Shown: positions 29,827-39,687, numbered from the stretch's first letter. The stretch: 64,000 nt of DNA from Puniceicoccales bacterium Verruco_02 (GCA_001604585.1 LVBW01000003.1:520-64519); one strand, 5' to 3'. Translations and numbers: made by a program. The notes: a model not told the origin generated them from the sequence alone.

Positions 29827-30819
29827 CTATTCGCCCACGCCCTTCATCCCCTCTGCCGTGTAGCGAGGACCATAGTCTGCGCCTGCCGGAAAGGCTGCGT
29901 CCAGCCTGGCCATCTCTTCCACGCCAAGGAGAATGCCGGCCGCTTCCACATTTTCCTCAAGGTATTTGATCCGCTTGGTGCCCGGAATCGGGACAATGCC
30001 CAGCGGGTTGGCCAGCACCCATGCGAGAGCCATCTGCGCCGTCGTGCAGCCCTTTTCCACAGCCATTGCCTCGATAAGTTCCAACCTGCGCAGATTCTCC
30101 AGCGCATAGTCGCCCTGAAAGCGTGGCATCATGCCGCGGACATCGCCCTCGCCAAGCTGGGTACTGTCCTTGAGCGCCCCTGTGAGGAAGCCCCGCCCGA
30201 GCGGGCTGTATGCCACAAAGCCGACTCCGAGCCTGCTACAGGCATCGAACACGCCGTCTATCTCCGGATCGCGGGTCCAAAGGGAGTATTCGCTCTGCAC
30301 TGCGCATATGGGGTGAACCTTGTGCGCACGTTCAAGCGTGGCCGCCGATGGTTCGCTAAGTCCTATGGCGCGTATCTTCCCTTCGCGGACAAGCTCCGCC
30401 ATCGCTCCGACGGCCTCTTCGATGGGGCGTCCCGGCTCTATGCGGTGTATGTAGTAAAGGTCTATGCTGTCCACGCCGAGCCGCTTGAGCGATGCCTCGC
30501 AGGCGGCTCGCACATAGGCCGGGGAGTTGTCGATGCGTCGTTCGTAGCGCCCCTCTATGCGGCGTATGCCGAATTTTGTAGCGATTACGATGCGCTCCCG
30601 CCGTGTCGCCTCTTCGCGTATGAAGCGGGCAAGCAGTTCCTCATTGTGCCCCATGCCGTACATATCTGCGGTATCCAGCAGGCTGACGCCAAGCTCCAGT
30701 GCCCTAGCCAGCACCCTGAGAGATTCCGCATCGTCGCCCCTGCCGTAGAACTCGCTCATGCCCATGCAGCCAAGGCCGAGGGAGGAGACTTCCAGTGTGC
30801 CCAGATTACGTGTTTGCAT
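29827..30819 (-). CDS. Aldo/keto reductase
   Basis: Start at ATG 30819 ([26 protein letters not shown]), [28 protein letters not shown]. Typical AKR11/Tas-like pattern. Confidence 0.9.
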   Translation of the reverse strand: MQTRNLGTLEVSSLGLGCMGMSEFYGRGDDAESLRVLARALELGVSLLDTADMYGMGHNEELLARFIREEATRRERIVIATKFGIRRIEGRYERRIDNSPAYVRAACEASLKRLGVDSIDLYYIHRIEPGRPIEEAVGAMAELVREGKIRAIGLSEPSAATLERAHKVHPICAVQSEYSLWTRDPEIDGVFDACSRLGVGFVAYSPLGRGFLTGALKDSTQLGEGDVRGMMPRFQGDYALENLRRLELIEAMAVEKGCTTAQMALAWVLANPLGIVPIPGTKRIKYLEENVEAAGILLGVEEMARLDAAFPAGADYGPRYTAEGMKGVGE

Positions 30820-31179
30820 ATGTACATGCGTGCCAGCAGCGAGAAGACACTGCAACGCATTAACCGTTACGTTTTGGAATGCTAATTTGCGGTGGAATAC
30901 GCTTGCCGCGCATCAGTCCTCCTTGCACAGTGGCGCCTTTGATGCATTACGTAAGCACACAGTCTGATTCCGAATAGGCACGGGTAGCGCCCTGTTTTTC
31001 CGCATACAAAGCGGATTTTTGTTGGCCCTTACCCGCACTTGAGAACTTCCGTGTTCAGCTCCATTGACTCGATGCAAGGGAGCACAGAGCGCGCACACAG
31101 TGGCGTTTCCCACGCATGGGACGCCTTTAATTGCGCATCAAGCGCACATATCTCAAGACTTTCGGATTATTAGACCACA

Positions 31180-31500
31180 ATGAGTTCCGTAATTACCTGC
31201 CGCCACTGCGGCGGAAGCTTCAGCTTTGCCGCACCGGGCACACGACACCGCAATCACTGCCCTTACTGCCTCTGGAGCCTGCATCTGGACAACGCGCCCG
31301 GAGACCGGGCCAGCCGCTGCGCTTCGCCAATGGAGCCGATTGCCGTATCCATGCGTCGCGACGGCGAATGGATGCTGCTGCACCGCTGCGAAAAGTGCGG
31401 CGTAATACACGCTAACCGCATCGCGGGTGACGACAACGCCGTTGCCCTGATGATGCTGGCGGCCCGCCCCTTGAGCTGCCCGCCTTTCCCCTCCATATGA
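31180..31500 (+). CDS. RNHCP-domain zinc-ribbon protein
   Basis: 106 aa: CRHCGG...HRNHCPYCLWSLH...CEKCG, containing the eponymous RNHCP motif and two CxxC pairs. Confidence 0.7.
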   Translation: MSSVITCRHCGGSFSFAAPGTRHRNHCPYCLWSLHLDNAPGDRASRCASPMEPIAVSMRRDGEWMLLHRCEKCGVIHANRIAGDDNAVALMMLAARPLSCPPFPSI

Positions 31501-31618
31501 GTATCACTTTGGACCCACATTCAGGCCTGTTCACTAAGATTCCCGAATAATGTTGTGCATAACTATCTTAACCAAAACGCGAAATGTGTCGTTTTCTAGC
31601 AACGTGACCAAAGAAGTA

Positions 31619-31996
31619 ATGGAGCTTCAGGGACTATCCGCCACGCTCACCAAGCTGGTTTACAGGTTCGACCCGGACAGTGCACCGCAGGGCAGGCCCC
31701 ATGTGTTCATCTACTTCATACGCGTGGACAACCTCTCGGACCACACAGTCACGCTCAGGGGCCGCCGCTGGGTGCTGCACGGCAAGGATGGGCGAACGCA
31801 CGTAATCGAAGGCGATGGCATAGTTGGCGAAAAGCCGCGCATCCGCCCCGGCGAGAGCTACTCCTTCAACAGCTTCCACATGGTCGCTTGCGACACAAGT
31901 GCAATGGGCAGCCTGCATGGTAGCGACAGCGAGGGCAGACACATACTTGTGCGCATCCCGGCATTTCCGTTGCAAACTGCTCCACGGGCGGAGTAA
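31619..31996 (+). CDS. apaG: ApaG (DUF525) domain protein
   Basis: 125 aa from ATG 31619: FIYFIRVDNLSDHTVTLRGRRWVLHGKDGRTHVIEGDGIVGEKPRIRPGESYSFNS matches the ApaG pattern. Confidence 0.8.
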   Translation: MELQGLSATLTKLVYRFDPDSAPQGRPHVFIYFIRVDNLSDHTVTLRGRRWVLHGKDGRTHVIEGDGIVGEKPRIRPGESYSFNSFHMVACDTSAMGSLHGSDSEGRHILVRIPAFPLQTAPRAE

Positions 31997-32007
31997 TTCT
32001 TCATCCC

Positions 32008-33354
32008 GTGAAGTTCGTAGATCTGGGCACGGGAGAAGGTATCGGTGCCAATTGCCACCTGCTGGAGCTGGGGCCGTTCCGCATCCTGATAGATGCCGGG
32101 ATGAATCCGCGTGAAATGGGCCGCGCCTCTCTGCCGCGCATTGGCATGTTGGGCCGCGAGCCTACGGCAGCTATTCTCACGCACTGCCATCTGGACCACA
32201 TGGGCGCCCTGCCCCTTGTTACGCGCAGCTTTCCCGACACGCCCATCCTGATGAGCCAGCCAAGCGCCATGCTTGCGGCACGCATACTGCACAATTCCGT
32301 AAACGTGATGCTTCGCCAGAAGAGCGAGACGGGGCTGCCCGAGCTGCCCTTGTACACGCATGGCGAGGTGGACCGCATGGGGGCCAACATAGTTGCCTTG
32401 AAATATGGCGTCCAACGCATGATGGACTATCAGGGCGAGGAGCTGGGCATAACCCTGCACCAGTCCGGCCATGTGGCAGGGGCCGCAGCCGTGGAGCTGT
32501 GCTGGAGAGATGAGCGCATATTGCACACAGGCGACGTGCTATTCGACGCCCAGCGCCACCTTGGCGGGGCAAAGCTGCCAGAGGGGCCGTTCAGCACTCT
32601 TGTGATGGAAACTACGCGGGGCCTCTCCTCGCGCCCAGCCGACGGCGGGCGGGACGCCGAGACGATGCGTCTGTTGCTGGCTATGGAGCAGACACTGCTT
32701 GCGGGCGGCTCTGTCCTTATACCGGCATTTGCCCTTGGGCGTGCGCAGGAGATATTCTGCATCCTGCACGAATCTCGCAGACTGCTGCCGCAGGCCCCCG
32801 TTTACAGCGTGGGGCTGGGGCTGGACATCGCCGAACGCTTCGACGAGATAACGCGCAAAACGGGCCTGTTGCGCTTCCGCAGCGGTGTATTGAAGGATCT
32901 TGGCGTGCGGGCTTTGGAAACGGATTTGCGCCCCGGTAGAAGCCCCGCAAGAGGCATCTACGTGCTGGGCAGCGGTATGCTCTCGGAGAACACCCCTTCT
33001 TACGCGCTGGCCGCCTCGCTGCTGCACGATCCCAGGAGCGCCGTGTTCCTTGTGGGTTATTGCGACCCGGATACGCCCGGCGGGCAGCTAATGGCCGCTG
33101 ATGCGGGTGGGCCGTTCGCCTTCGACAAGCTCGATTACCAGACGCCCATTCTGGCAAGGGTGGAGCGTTTCGATCTCTCTGGCCACGCCGACCGCGAGGA
33201 ACTGCTGGCCTATGCCCTGCGCTCCAACGCGGCGAACATACTGCTCGTCCACGGCGACCCGGCGGCTAGGGAGTGGTTCCGGGCAGAGCTGGCAGAAAAA
33301 CTGCCCAATGCAAGGGTGCATATCCCGGCGGCGCTCGAACACGTTACAGCCTAG
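32008..33354 (+). CDS. MBL-fold beta-CASP family (RNA-metabolising type) hydrolase
   Basis: GTG start. GANCHLLE, THCHLDHMGALP (HxHxDH), later HQSGHVAGAA and LSGHADREELL...LLVHGD (beta-CASP motifs). Only an 11-nt gap after apaG. Confidence 0.8.
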   Translation: MKFVDLGTGEGIGANCHLLELGPFRILIDAGMNPREMGRASLPRIGMLGREPTAAILTHCHLDHMGALPLVTRSFPDTPILMSQPSAMLAARILHNSVNVMLRQKSETGLPELPLYTHGEVDRMGANIVALKYGVQRMMDYQGEELGITLHQSGHVAGAAAVELCWRDERILHTGDVLFDAQRHLGGAKLPEGPFSTLVMETTRGLSSRPADGGRDAETMRLLLAMEQTLLAGGSVLIPAFALGRAQEIFCILHESRRLLPQAPVYSVGLGLDIAERFDEITRKTGLLRFRSGVLKDLGVRALETDLRPGRSPARGIYVLGSGMLSENTPSYALAASLLHDPRSAVFLVGYCDPDTPGGQLMAADAGGPFAFDKLDYQTPILARVERFDLSGHADREELLAYALRSNAANILLVHGDPAAREWFRAELAEKLPNARVHIPAALEHVTA

Positions 33355-33364
33355 CAGACTACGG

Positions 33365-33394
33365 AAAAAGCCCTGCGCTTTGCATGCACAGGGC
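33365..33394 (-). terminator. Rho-independent terminator of the Wzc-like gene
   Basis: Minus strand reads GCCCTG-N13-CAGGGC followed by TTTTTCC, 20 nt after the stop. Confidence 0.6.
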
Positions 33395-33413
33395 CTCGAT
33401 TCAAAGGTTAGAT

Positions 33414-35699
33414 CTATCGCTTGGCGTCGACTTGCTTCCCGGCTTCTTCCGCCTTGCCACCTTTGAGCTGGGCCGCAGTGGGCTTCTCGCGATGGTTCAC
33501 GTAGTAGCTGGAGTAGTCCTTGCTGTAATAGTGAGAGTAGTAGTACACCGTCTGCGTGTTGCTAATGTTATTAAGCACAGCGCCCAGCACGGGTACCTTC
33601 GACTCCTTCAGGCGATTAAGGCACATGGATGCAACCTTGCGCCTCACTGTATTGAAGCGTATCACATATACGAGGCCGTCCGCATTGTGTATAAGATTCA
33701 GCGCGTCGCTGACAGGAGCTAGCGGTGGGCTGTCTATGAATATGCGGTCGTAACGGTTGCGCAGTTCGCGTATAAGATCGTCGAACTTGCCGCTGCAAAG
33801 TATGTGCGGTGGGTTGCTCGTGCTTCCGCCCGTGGGTAGAACGTCACAGTTGCGCTCCACGTCGCGTTGTATGGCTTCGTCAAGGGTTAGCTTGCCGTCT
33901 AGGACGCCCATCGTGCCCTTGCTGTTGTCCAGCTCCAGCGACTTAGCCACGTTCGGCATTCTGAAGTCGCCGTCGAGGATGAGAACCTTTTCGCCACGGG
34001 AGGCGTAGGTGAGCGACAAGTTGGTGGTTACAAAAGACTTACCCTCGCCAGGTATGGACGAAGTGACGAGCACCACCTTGGCGTTGCGCCCCTCGTCGTG
34101 TAGCTGTATGGAAGAATGGATGGAGCGGAAAGCTTCGAGTGTGGGCTGATGCGCACCGCTGGCTGCAATGCGGGACTTGGCCTGCGGGATGAATTTCCCT
34201 ATTTTGGGAACAACACCGATAATGTTCAGGTTCAGGCTCTTCTCTATATCGAAGGCGCTCTTGACCTTGTCGTCTAGCAGCACGAACATTATGATTATAC
34301 CCGTTCCCAGCATAAAACCAAGGAACACGCTTATGGCCATATTCATTATGACTCTGGGGCTGGAGGGCTTGATGGCCGCAACAGCGTAATCAACGATGCG
34401 AGCCGTTTCGGAGTCGTCGCTAGACATGGCCATTGTCTGCTGCTTGCGCGTATATAGATAATCGTAGTGCGCGCGCGCACCCTCAAGATCGCGTCTAAGT
34501 CTTTCGTACTCGGGACGCAGCTTTTCTAGCTCTATTCTCTCGTTCTGCTTTTGGGCAAGACGGGTTACTGAGCTTTCATAATTGCGCCGAGCATTCTCCA
34601 GCCGGTTTCGCATACCTTCGACGACGCTGTCCACTGTGGACGCCAGTTGCCTGTCGATTTCTTCCTTCTGCTGAAGGACGATCATCATCTTCGGATGCTT
34701 CTCCCGGTAGGTCTTTGACAGGCGGGCAAGCTCGATGCTGACATCCGTGCGGCGCATCAATAGTGGAGGAACGCGCGGATCCTGAGCAACAACAGGTATT
34801 TCCCACAAGTCACGCCCTGCGTCCCGTGCCTTCTCGATGAGTTGCCAAGTCGAATTAATCTCGTCGTAAATGCGCTTGTCTTCGGTGGCAAACTCGGTAA
34901 TGCGAAGCAGCTCGCGCTGATTCATGTCTGTGCCGGAGTCAAAAGACGTGGTCTTGTATTTCTCCATCAGGCCAGTCAATTGCACTTCAAGCTCGTTCAC
35001 CTTGCGGGCCTGAATGTTAATCTGCGCCTGAAGCTCGTCCACGGCGCGCATAGCCGCTTCGACATTCTTACTACGCTTGTAGCCGATATATTCCTCGGCA
35101 AATAGATTGGCGATGCGGGCCGCGATGTCGCGATTGGGATGCGAAAACTCTATATAAACTAGGAACGTCATCCTGCGAGGAGTCACCTTCCTATCGCGCA
35201 TAAGCACGGAAACTGGCGTAAGGGTGTTGCCGTCAACCGATGAGCTGCTAAGATAAGGGGCCATTAGCTGACGCCGCTCGGACTCCTTCAGACGGCGGTC
35301 CACGTTCTGCGCAATGGTCAGGCCCTCGATAATCGTCACCTCGGTGTTGAAGTCCGAATCTGTGCGAATAGTAGAGTCGCTAACTTGGTTGAACTCGACT
35401 GTCTTACTCTGCTGCCGGAGGACCTGAAGGCTCGACACCGAAGTATATACCGGTGTGGCGTTCATGCAATAGAAGCCCATCGACACGATGCAGATGAACA
35501 GCGATATGACCATCCACCAAAGACGTTCGCGGAACATTGCCAGATAGTCAGCAAAGCCGCGCATGTTGCTGGTACCTTCGCCATAATAGCCCGTGCCGTA
35601 ACTATTGCTATTGTAGTAAGAGCCGTAACGTCCGTCGTATCCTGCGTTCCCGTAGGAATACTGACTTCCGTTATCACCTTTGCTGCCGTCTTTTGACAT
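33414..35699 (-). CDS. Polysaccharide co-polymerase / BY-tyrosine autokinase (Wzc/GumC-like)
   Basis: 761 aa. Wzz-like periplasmic coiled-coil region between two TM segments. Cytoplasmic P-loop VTSSIPGEGKSFVTTNLS and DSPP motif. C-terminal Tyr cluster VYYYSHYYSKDYSSYYV. Confidence 0.9.
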   Translation of the reverse strand: MSKDGSKGDNGSQYSYGNAGYDGRYGSYYNSNSYGTGYYGEGTSNMRGFADYLAMFRERLWWMVISLFICIVSMGFYCMNATPVYTSVSSLQVLRQQSKTVEFNQVSDSTIRTDSDFNTEVTIIEGLTIAQNVDRRLKESERRQLMAPYLSSSSVDGNTLTPVSVLMRDRKVTPRRMTFLVYIEFSHPNRDIAARIANLFAEEYIGYKRSKNVEAAMRAVDELQAQINIQARKVNELEVQLTGLMEKYKTTSFDSGTDMNQRELLRITEFATEDKRIYDEINSTWQLIEKARDAGRDLWEIPVVAQDPRVPPLLMRRTDVSIELARLSKTYREKHPKMMIVLQQKEEIDRQLASTVDSVVEGMRNRLENARRNYESSVTRLAQKQNERIELEKLRPEYERLRRDLEGARAHYDYLYTRKQQTMAMSSDDSETARIVDYAVAAIKPSSPRVIMNMAISVFLGFMLGTGIIIMFVLLDDKVKSAFDIEKSLNLNIIGVVPKIGKFIPQAKSRIAASGAHQPTLEAFRSIHSSIQLHDEGRNAKVVLVTSSIPGEGKSFVTTNLSLTYASRGEKVLILDGDFRMPNVAKSLELDNSKGTMGVLDGKLTLDEAIQRDVERNCDVLPTGGSTSNPPHILCSGKFDDLIRELRNRYDRIFIDSPPLAPVSDALNLIHNADGLVYVIRFNTVRRKVASMCLNRLKESKVPVLGAVLNNISNTQTVYYYSHYYSKDYSSYYVNHREKPTAAQLKGGKAEEAGKQVDAKR

Positions 35700-35738
35700 C
35701 CTGATAAATGGTATAAATTGTTTGCGGGTGCGCTAAGG

Positions 35739-36350
35739 CTACCAGTTGCGCTCTTCGACGTAGATACGGTCCCCGTCGGACACTTCGCGGTCGTCGGGAT
35801 TGCTTCCGTCAAGGTTCAAAGTGTCGGTACGGGTCTGCCCGTCGCTTGTAGTGTAGGTGAGTCTAACCCGACGGCGGTCCGCCAGACGATTGTCACTCCA
35901 ACCACCGGCCAAGGCAATTGCACCGAGCACCGTCATTTTTTCTTCGGGCGGAAACACGACAAAACCCTGCCTGTTTACCATGCCCTGCACGTTAACTCGA
36001 CGTTGCTTGTATGCCACGATGACAAGATCCACCTGTGGATCCACGAAATAGTCCTTGGCATATTTTTCATATATGAACTGCCGCGCCTGGGCCACGCTCA
36101 TATCCAACACCTTTATGGTGCCTATGTAAGGAAGCGTGATGGAACCATCCATCGCAACCCTGACCTCACAATCCGTATCAGCCTCGCCGATTATACGAAA
36201 GTGCAACACGTCCAAGGCCGTGATTTTGTAGTTCTCGGATGCCTTGACCCGTGTATTGGTGTCCAACGCAGAACCCGAAGCCCCTTGGGCTTGGCACATA
36301 CATGGCAGAGAGAGAATCAAAAAGGCGGCAATAACGGAGAGAGCCTTCAT
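35739..36350 (-). CDS. Polysaccharide export outer-membrane protein (Wza-like, Poly_export + SLBB)
   Basis: Start at ATG 36350 (MKALSVIAAFLILSLPCMCQAQG). YKITALDVLHFRIIGE...DGSITLPYIGTIKVLDMSVAQARQFI...VNVQGMVNRQGFVVF...TVLGAIALAGG. Confidence 0.85.
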   Translation of the reverse strand: MKALSVIAAFLILSLPCMCQAQGASGSALDTNTRVKASENYKITALDVLHFRIIGEADTDCEVRVAMDGSITLPYIGTIKVLDMSVAQARQFIYEKYAKDYFVDPQVDLVIVAYKQRRVNVQGMVNRQGFVVFPPEEKMTVLGAIALAGGWSDNRLADRRRVRLTYTTSDGQTRTDTLNLDGSNPDDREVSDGDRIYVEERNW

Positions 36351-36468
36351 CGTCTGACAGAAAATATGAGGTTTCCAAACACAGGACAGGGGAAGGTCGA
36401 TTGGGCTGACAGCCGGATGACCTTCCCCCATCCCATATGACAGGTACTGGAGTGACTATACTCTAAAA

Positions 36469-37626
36469 CTAGTACCTGAACGACGCACTGACCGAGAGGA
36501 TGCTGTTCTTGAAGTCAACAGACTGCTTGTTCGAGTCATTGTCGTTGTATGTATAAGCTACGCGGACGTTGAGATACTCATTGGGAGCGTAGGTCATGTA
36601 TGCACCAGCGGTGAGGTAGTTGTCATCGCGATCGCTGCTGTCTTCATACTCGGTCATGATGTAACCGAAGCTGCCGCCGAGATTGAACTGCTTGCTCAAC
36701 TTGTAGTTCGCGAAGGTGAGAACACCCGTGCGCAGGGTCGTGTTTGACGTTGTGGGCGACACGCTGTAACCACGCATCAGCTTGACGTTGAGGTCCACCA
36801 GGGGGGACATCGAATACATCAGGTTGCCTTCAAGGCTGATGCCATTCTTGTCGTCAAGGTTGCCGCGACCTTCGCGGGACATCCAGCCGACGCGGGCGGA
36901 GCCTGTCACCTTGGGAAGGATTTCTCCACGAAGACCAACCGTCAGGCGGGAGTCGATGGCGTCGGCAGAGTCGTTGTCACCGATCTTGACGGGGGAGTAA
37001 GAAGCACCAACAACGAGGTCCGTCTTGGCGGAAATGGCCATGAACAGGTCAACCGGGATTGTCAGCGTCGAGAAACCAGTGTAACCAGCGTTGACGTAGT
37101 TCTGGTCCGTGTAGGTAAAACCGGTGCCGAGCTTCGTCTTGGGGCTCACAGCGAGTTCGCCATATACGCCACCATTGACTTCGGAGCGGGAAACAAGGCC
37201 AGGCTCGAGGCTCGCGATGTTCAAGTTGTAAACATCGGTGTTACTCTGCTGCTCCACATAGCTCAGGAATGCCCTGCTGGTCAGACCTGCGCTCTTGTAG
37301 TTCACAACGGCGCTGAAGTCATCGTTCTCAGCGTTCAGATCCTTTTGGTCGTTGAACTCAATGATGTGATACTTGACAGCCACCTTGGCGTTGAGGGCTG
37401 CGCCCTTCTTGCCAATGTTCAGCTCAAGACCGGGAACGTACTCCATGGACAAGTCGGAGATCTCGCCAGTAGAGCGCTGGGTCACGTTGGACTCGCTCCT
37501 AAGTATGGCCTGACCTGTGACGTGTAGTTTGAGGCTGTCGGCAAGCTCGCCGACATCGGCCTGCGCTGTGGATACTAAGCCCAGTATGGGATAAAGGGCT
37601 ATTGAAAGCTTGGTAAGCGACTTCAT
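36469..37626 (-). CDS. Outer-membrane beta-barrel protein (exopolysaccharide-locus OMP type)
   Basis: Start at ATG 37626 (MKSLTKLSIALYPILGLVSTAQA signal). Alternating-polarity strands throughout and a terminal ...SVSASFRY aromatic C-terminus typical of OMPs. Confidence 0.6.
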   Translation of the reverse strand: MKSLTKLSIALYPILGLVSTAQADVGELADSLKLHVTGQAILRSESNVTQRSTGEISDLSMEYVPGLELNIGKKGAALNAKVAVKYHIIEFNDQKDLNAENDDFSAVVNYKSAGLTSRAFLSYVEQQSNTDVYNLNIASLEPGLVSRSEVNGGVYGELAVSPKTKLGTGFTYTDQNYVNAGYTGFSTLTIPVDLFMAISAKTDLVVGASYSPVKIGDNDSADAIDSRLTVGLRGEILPKVTGSARVGWMSREGRGNLDDKNGISLEGNLMYSMSPLVDLNVKLMRGYSVSPTTSNTTLRTGVLTFANYKLSKQFNLGGSFGYIMTEYEDSSDRDDNYLTAGAYMTYAPNEYLNVRVAYTYNDNDSNKQSVDFKNSILSVSASFRY

Positions 37627-37900
37627 GATGTCTAGTATGTGAAACCGTTCTAACGAGAGGAAAGGTGATGAAAAGCCCATCACTTCTTCAAACGAAATCG
37701 AATTAAGACGCGTACCTGTATGTTGGCAACTGTTTTTTGATGCAAGAGTATCCAAAATGTTTGCGCTGGGCTGTTTGTAGAGCTGAAATTTATTCAGCTT
37801 GGACCAGTTTTACCGTTCCCAGCTTCAACTTTTTCTTTTACCTTACCTTTACCAGAACCGCTTGAAGCGCTTAACCCGCACCCCACCGGCAAGCTCGAAT

Positions 37901-39559
37901 ATGGACGCAAACACAGCCAGCAAGCCCCCCACTGCGAAGCCACAACAACTGACTCGATTCCTCGGAATGATCAGTTTCAGCATGGGCAAGGACAATAAGA
38001 TGCGGATTCGCCCGGTCTGGAAACGCATACTCGCTGTAGCCGCCATATTTTTCGGAACCCTTTGGATCGCAAAAAGCGCGACGATCTACGCATTCTTCCG
38101 CGTGGTCAGGGAGTTTGACAACATTAGCGTAGTGGACTCTCTCAGCTTCCCCTTCAACCGCGGGGAACTCGCGCACAAGTTCGGCCAGTACCACATTGAA
38201 AAGGGACTGGAGGCATACAAGGCCAAGGACTTTCGCATGGCGCTGATGTATCTGGGCAGCGGCCTAGCAAGAGCGCGGGATCACCGGGACGGACGCATGG
38301 CCCTTGCCAGCATATACCGCATGATGAAGGACGAACAGAACGCCAGCGAAATACTCAAGCGCGGGCTGGACTTCCACGGCGACGACCCCGTTTATCTCCA
38401 AGCCAGCCTTCAGGCCCTGATGTTTTACCGTCGCGACAAGGACGTACTCGACTACGCAGACAAGGCGCTGCCAGCATTGCCCGATAAGCCTGACAACGCC
38501 ATGCGCATGACAGCCTATGTGGCTGCGCAGGTGCTCGTGGCCCACGGCCGCTTCGCCGATGCACTCGACATAATCGACAAGTTCCAGATAGCCCGCACTG
38601 CGGAGGGGACCATACTGCGAGGTAAGATACTGTGGACCTGCAACAGGCGCGAGGAAGCGGTCAAACTGATGCGCAGCTTTGCACTGGCACACCCAGGCCC
38701 AGCTTCGGCGGAAGTCCACAGAGTGCTCTGCGACTACCTGCACCAGCTGGGCCGAGACTCTGATGCGCTCATTAGCTCGCTAAGCACCGTCAACGAGTAC
38801 CCCAAGTCCTTCATGGCGCGCAAAGACTTGATAAAAGCCTACATATGGAACAGGCAGACAGAGCGCGCACGCCGCGAGGTCCGCAACTATCTTCTTAGTT
38901 TTGGAGCAGAGGCCGTCTCGCTTCAAGGCCTTGCAGACTTGGCCGTGGAACAAGCCGACAGGGAGCTTGCCATCGAAGTGTATGGCACAGCCGCCGAAAA
39001 CGGGCACCACATGGGTGCCTTTGGCCTTATGATGATAGAGGCGCACCTGATGGCGCGCGACTATGCCGCAGTGGAAAAGTTTTGCGCCCAGATAGCAGGC
39101 GAAAACCCGCCCTGGCTGGCGAATTTCGATCCTCAGCTAAACTACTTGCGTCTTGCAGCCGCGCGCGGACAGGGCCGCTTCGACATCGCAGCCCTGCACC
39201 TTGGCCGCCTGCAAGAGAGCCGACTTAACGGGGCGGAGCTTCTCAACATGGCCAAGAGCCTGAGAAAGCTGGGCATGAACGCGGATGCGCGCAAGCTCCT
39301 TGAAGCGGCACTACCCAGAGACCCCGGCAACGAGGAAATACTGGCCCTTGCCCTAGAGATAGACATGGACACGGGGCGGGAAAGCGGCTTTGTGGACAAC
39401 ACTAGCAGACTATTGGAGCTTCGCCGCCCCTCCTACGAGCTACTTGCACGAATCCGCACACGTATGACAAGCGACCGCTTCATATTCGAGGAAGACCGCG
39501 CCACGGTACTGGCAAATCTCGACAATGTCCTCAAAGAGCCGGAACAGGCCCTACGCTAG
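37901..39559 (+). CDS. Membrane-anchored TPR repeat protein
   Basis: One TM segment (ILAVAAIFFGTLWIA) followed by many TPR-like helices. Divergent from the export module. The track start 37799 is TTG; ATG 37901 used, and other internal ATGs are possible. Confidence 0.55.
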   Translation: MDANTASKPPTAKPQQLTRFLGMISFSMGKDNKMRIRPVWKRILAVAAIFFGTLWIAKSATIYAFFRVVREFDNISVVDSLSFPFNRGELAHKFGQYHIEKGLEAYKAKDFRMALMYLGSGLARARDHRDGRMALASIYRMMKDEQNASEILKRGLDFHGDDPVYLQASLQALMFYRRDKDVLDYADKALPALPDKPDNAMRMTAYVAAQVLVAHGRFADALDIIDKFQIARTAEGTILRGKILWTCNRREEAVKLMRSFALAHPGPASAEVHRVLCDYLHQLGRDSDALISSLSTVNEYPKSFMARKDLIKAYIWNRQTERARREVRNYLLSFGAEAVSLQGLADLAVEQADRELAIEVYGTAAENGHHMGAFGLMMIEAHLMARDYAAVEKFCAQIAGENPPWLANFDPQLNYLRLAAARGQGRFDIAALHLGRLQESRLNGAELLNMAKSLRKLGMNADARKLLEAALPRDPGNEEILALALEIDMDTGRESGFVDNTSRLLELRRPSYELLARIRTRMTSDRFIFEEDRATVLANLDNVLKEPEQALR

Positions 39560-39626
39560 GTAAGAGCCGTAATTTTGGAGCGCAAGCCTCCATTCATTTA
39601 TACTGAGATTGACTGATACAAACGTT

Positions 39627-39649
39627 TTATCCGCGCAATCTGCGGATAA
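39627..39649. terminator. Bidirectional terminator hairpin between convergent TPR and glmM genes
   Basis: TTATCCGC-GCAATCT-GCGGATAA, an 8-bp stem with T-rich tracts on both flanks. Confidence 0.55.
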
Positions 39650-39687
39650 ACAAATCTGGTTTCTTGGTTTGTTTGTGAGAATATTCA

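Noticed and set aside
30913-31113. 66-aa Cys-containing minus-strand ORF in the AKR/RNHCP spacer
   Set aside because: There is no convincing start context, the composition is consistent with a random ORF in GC-rich DNA, and I recognise no family.
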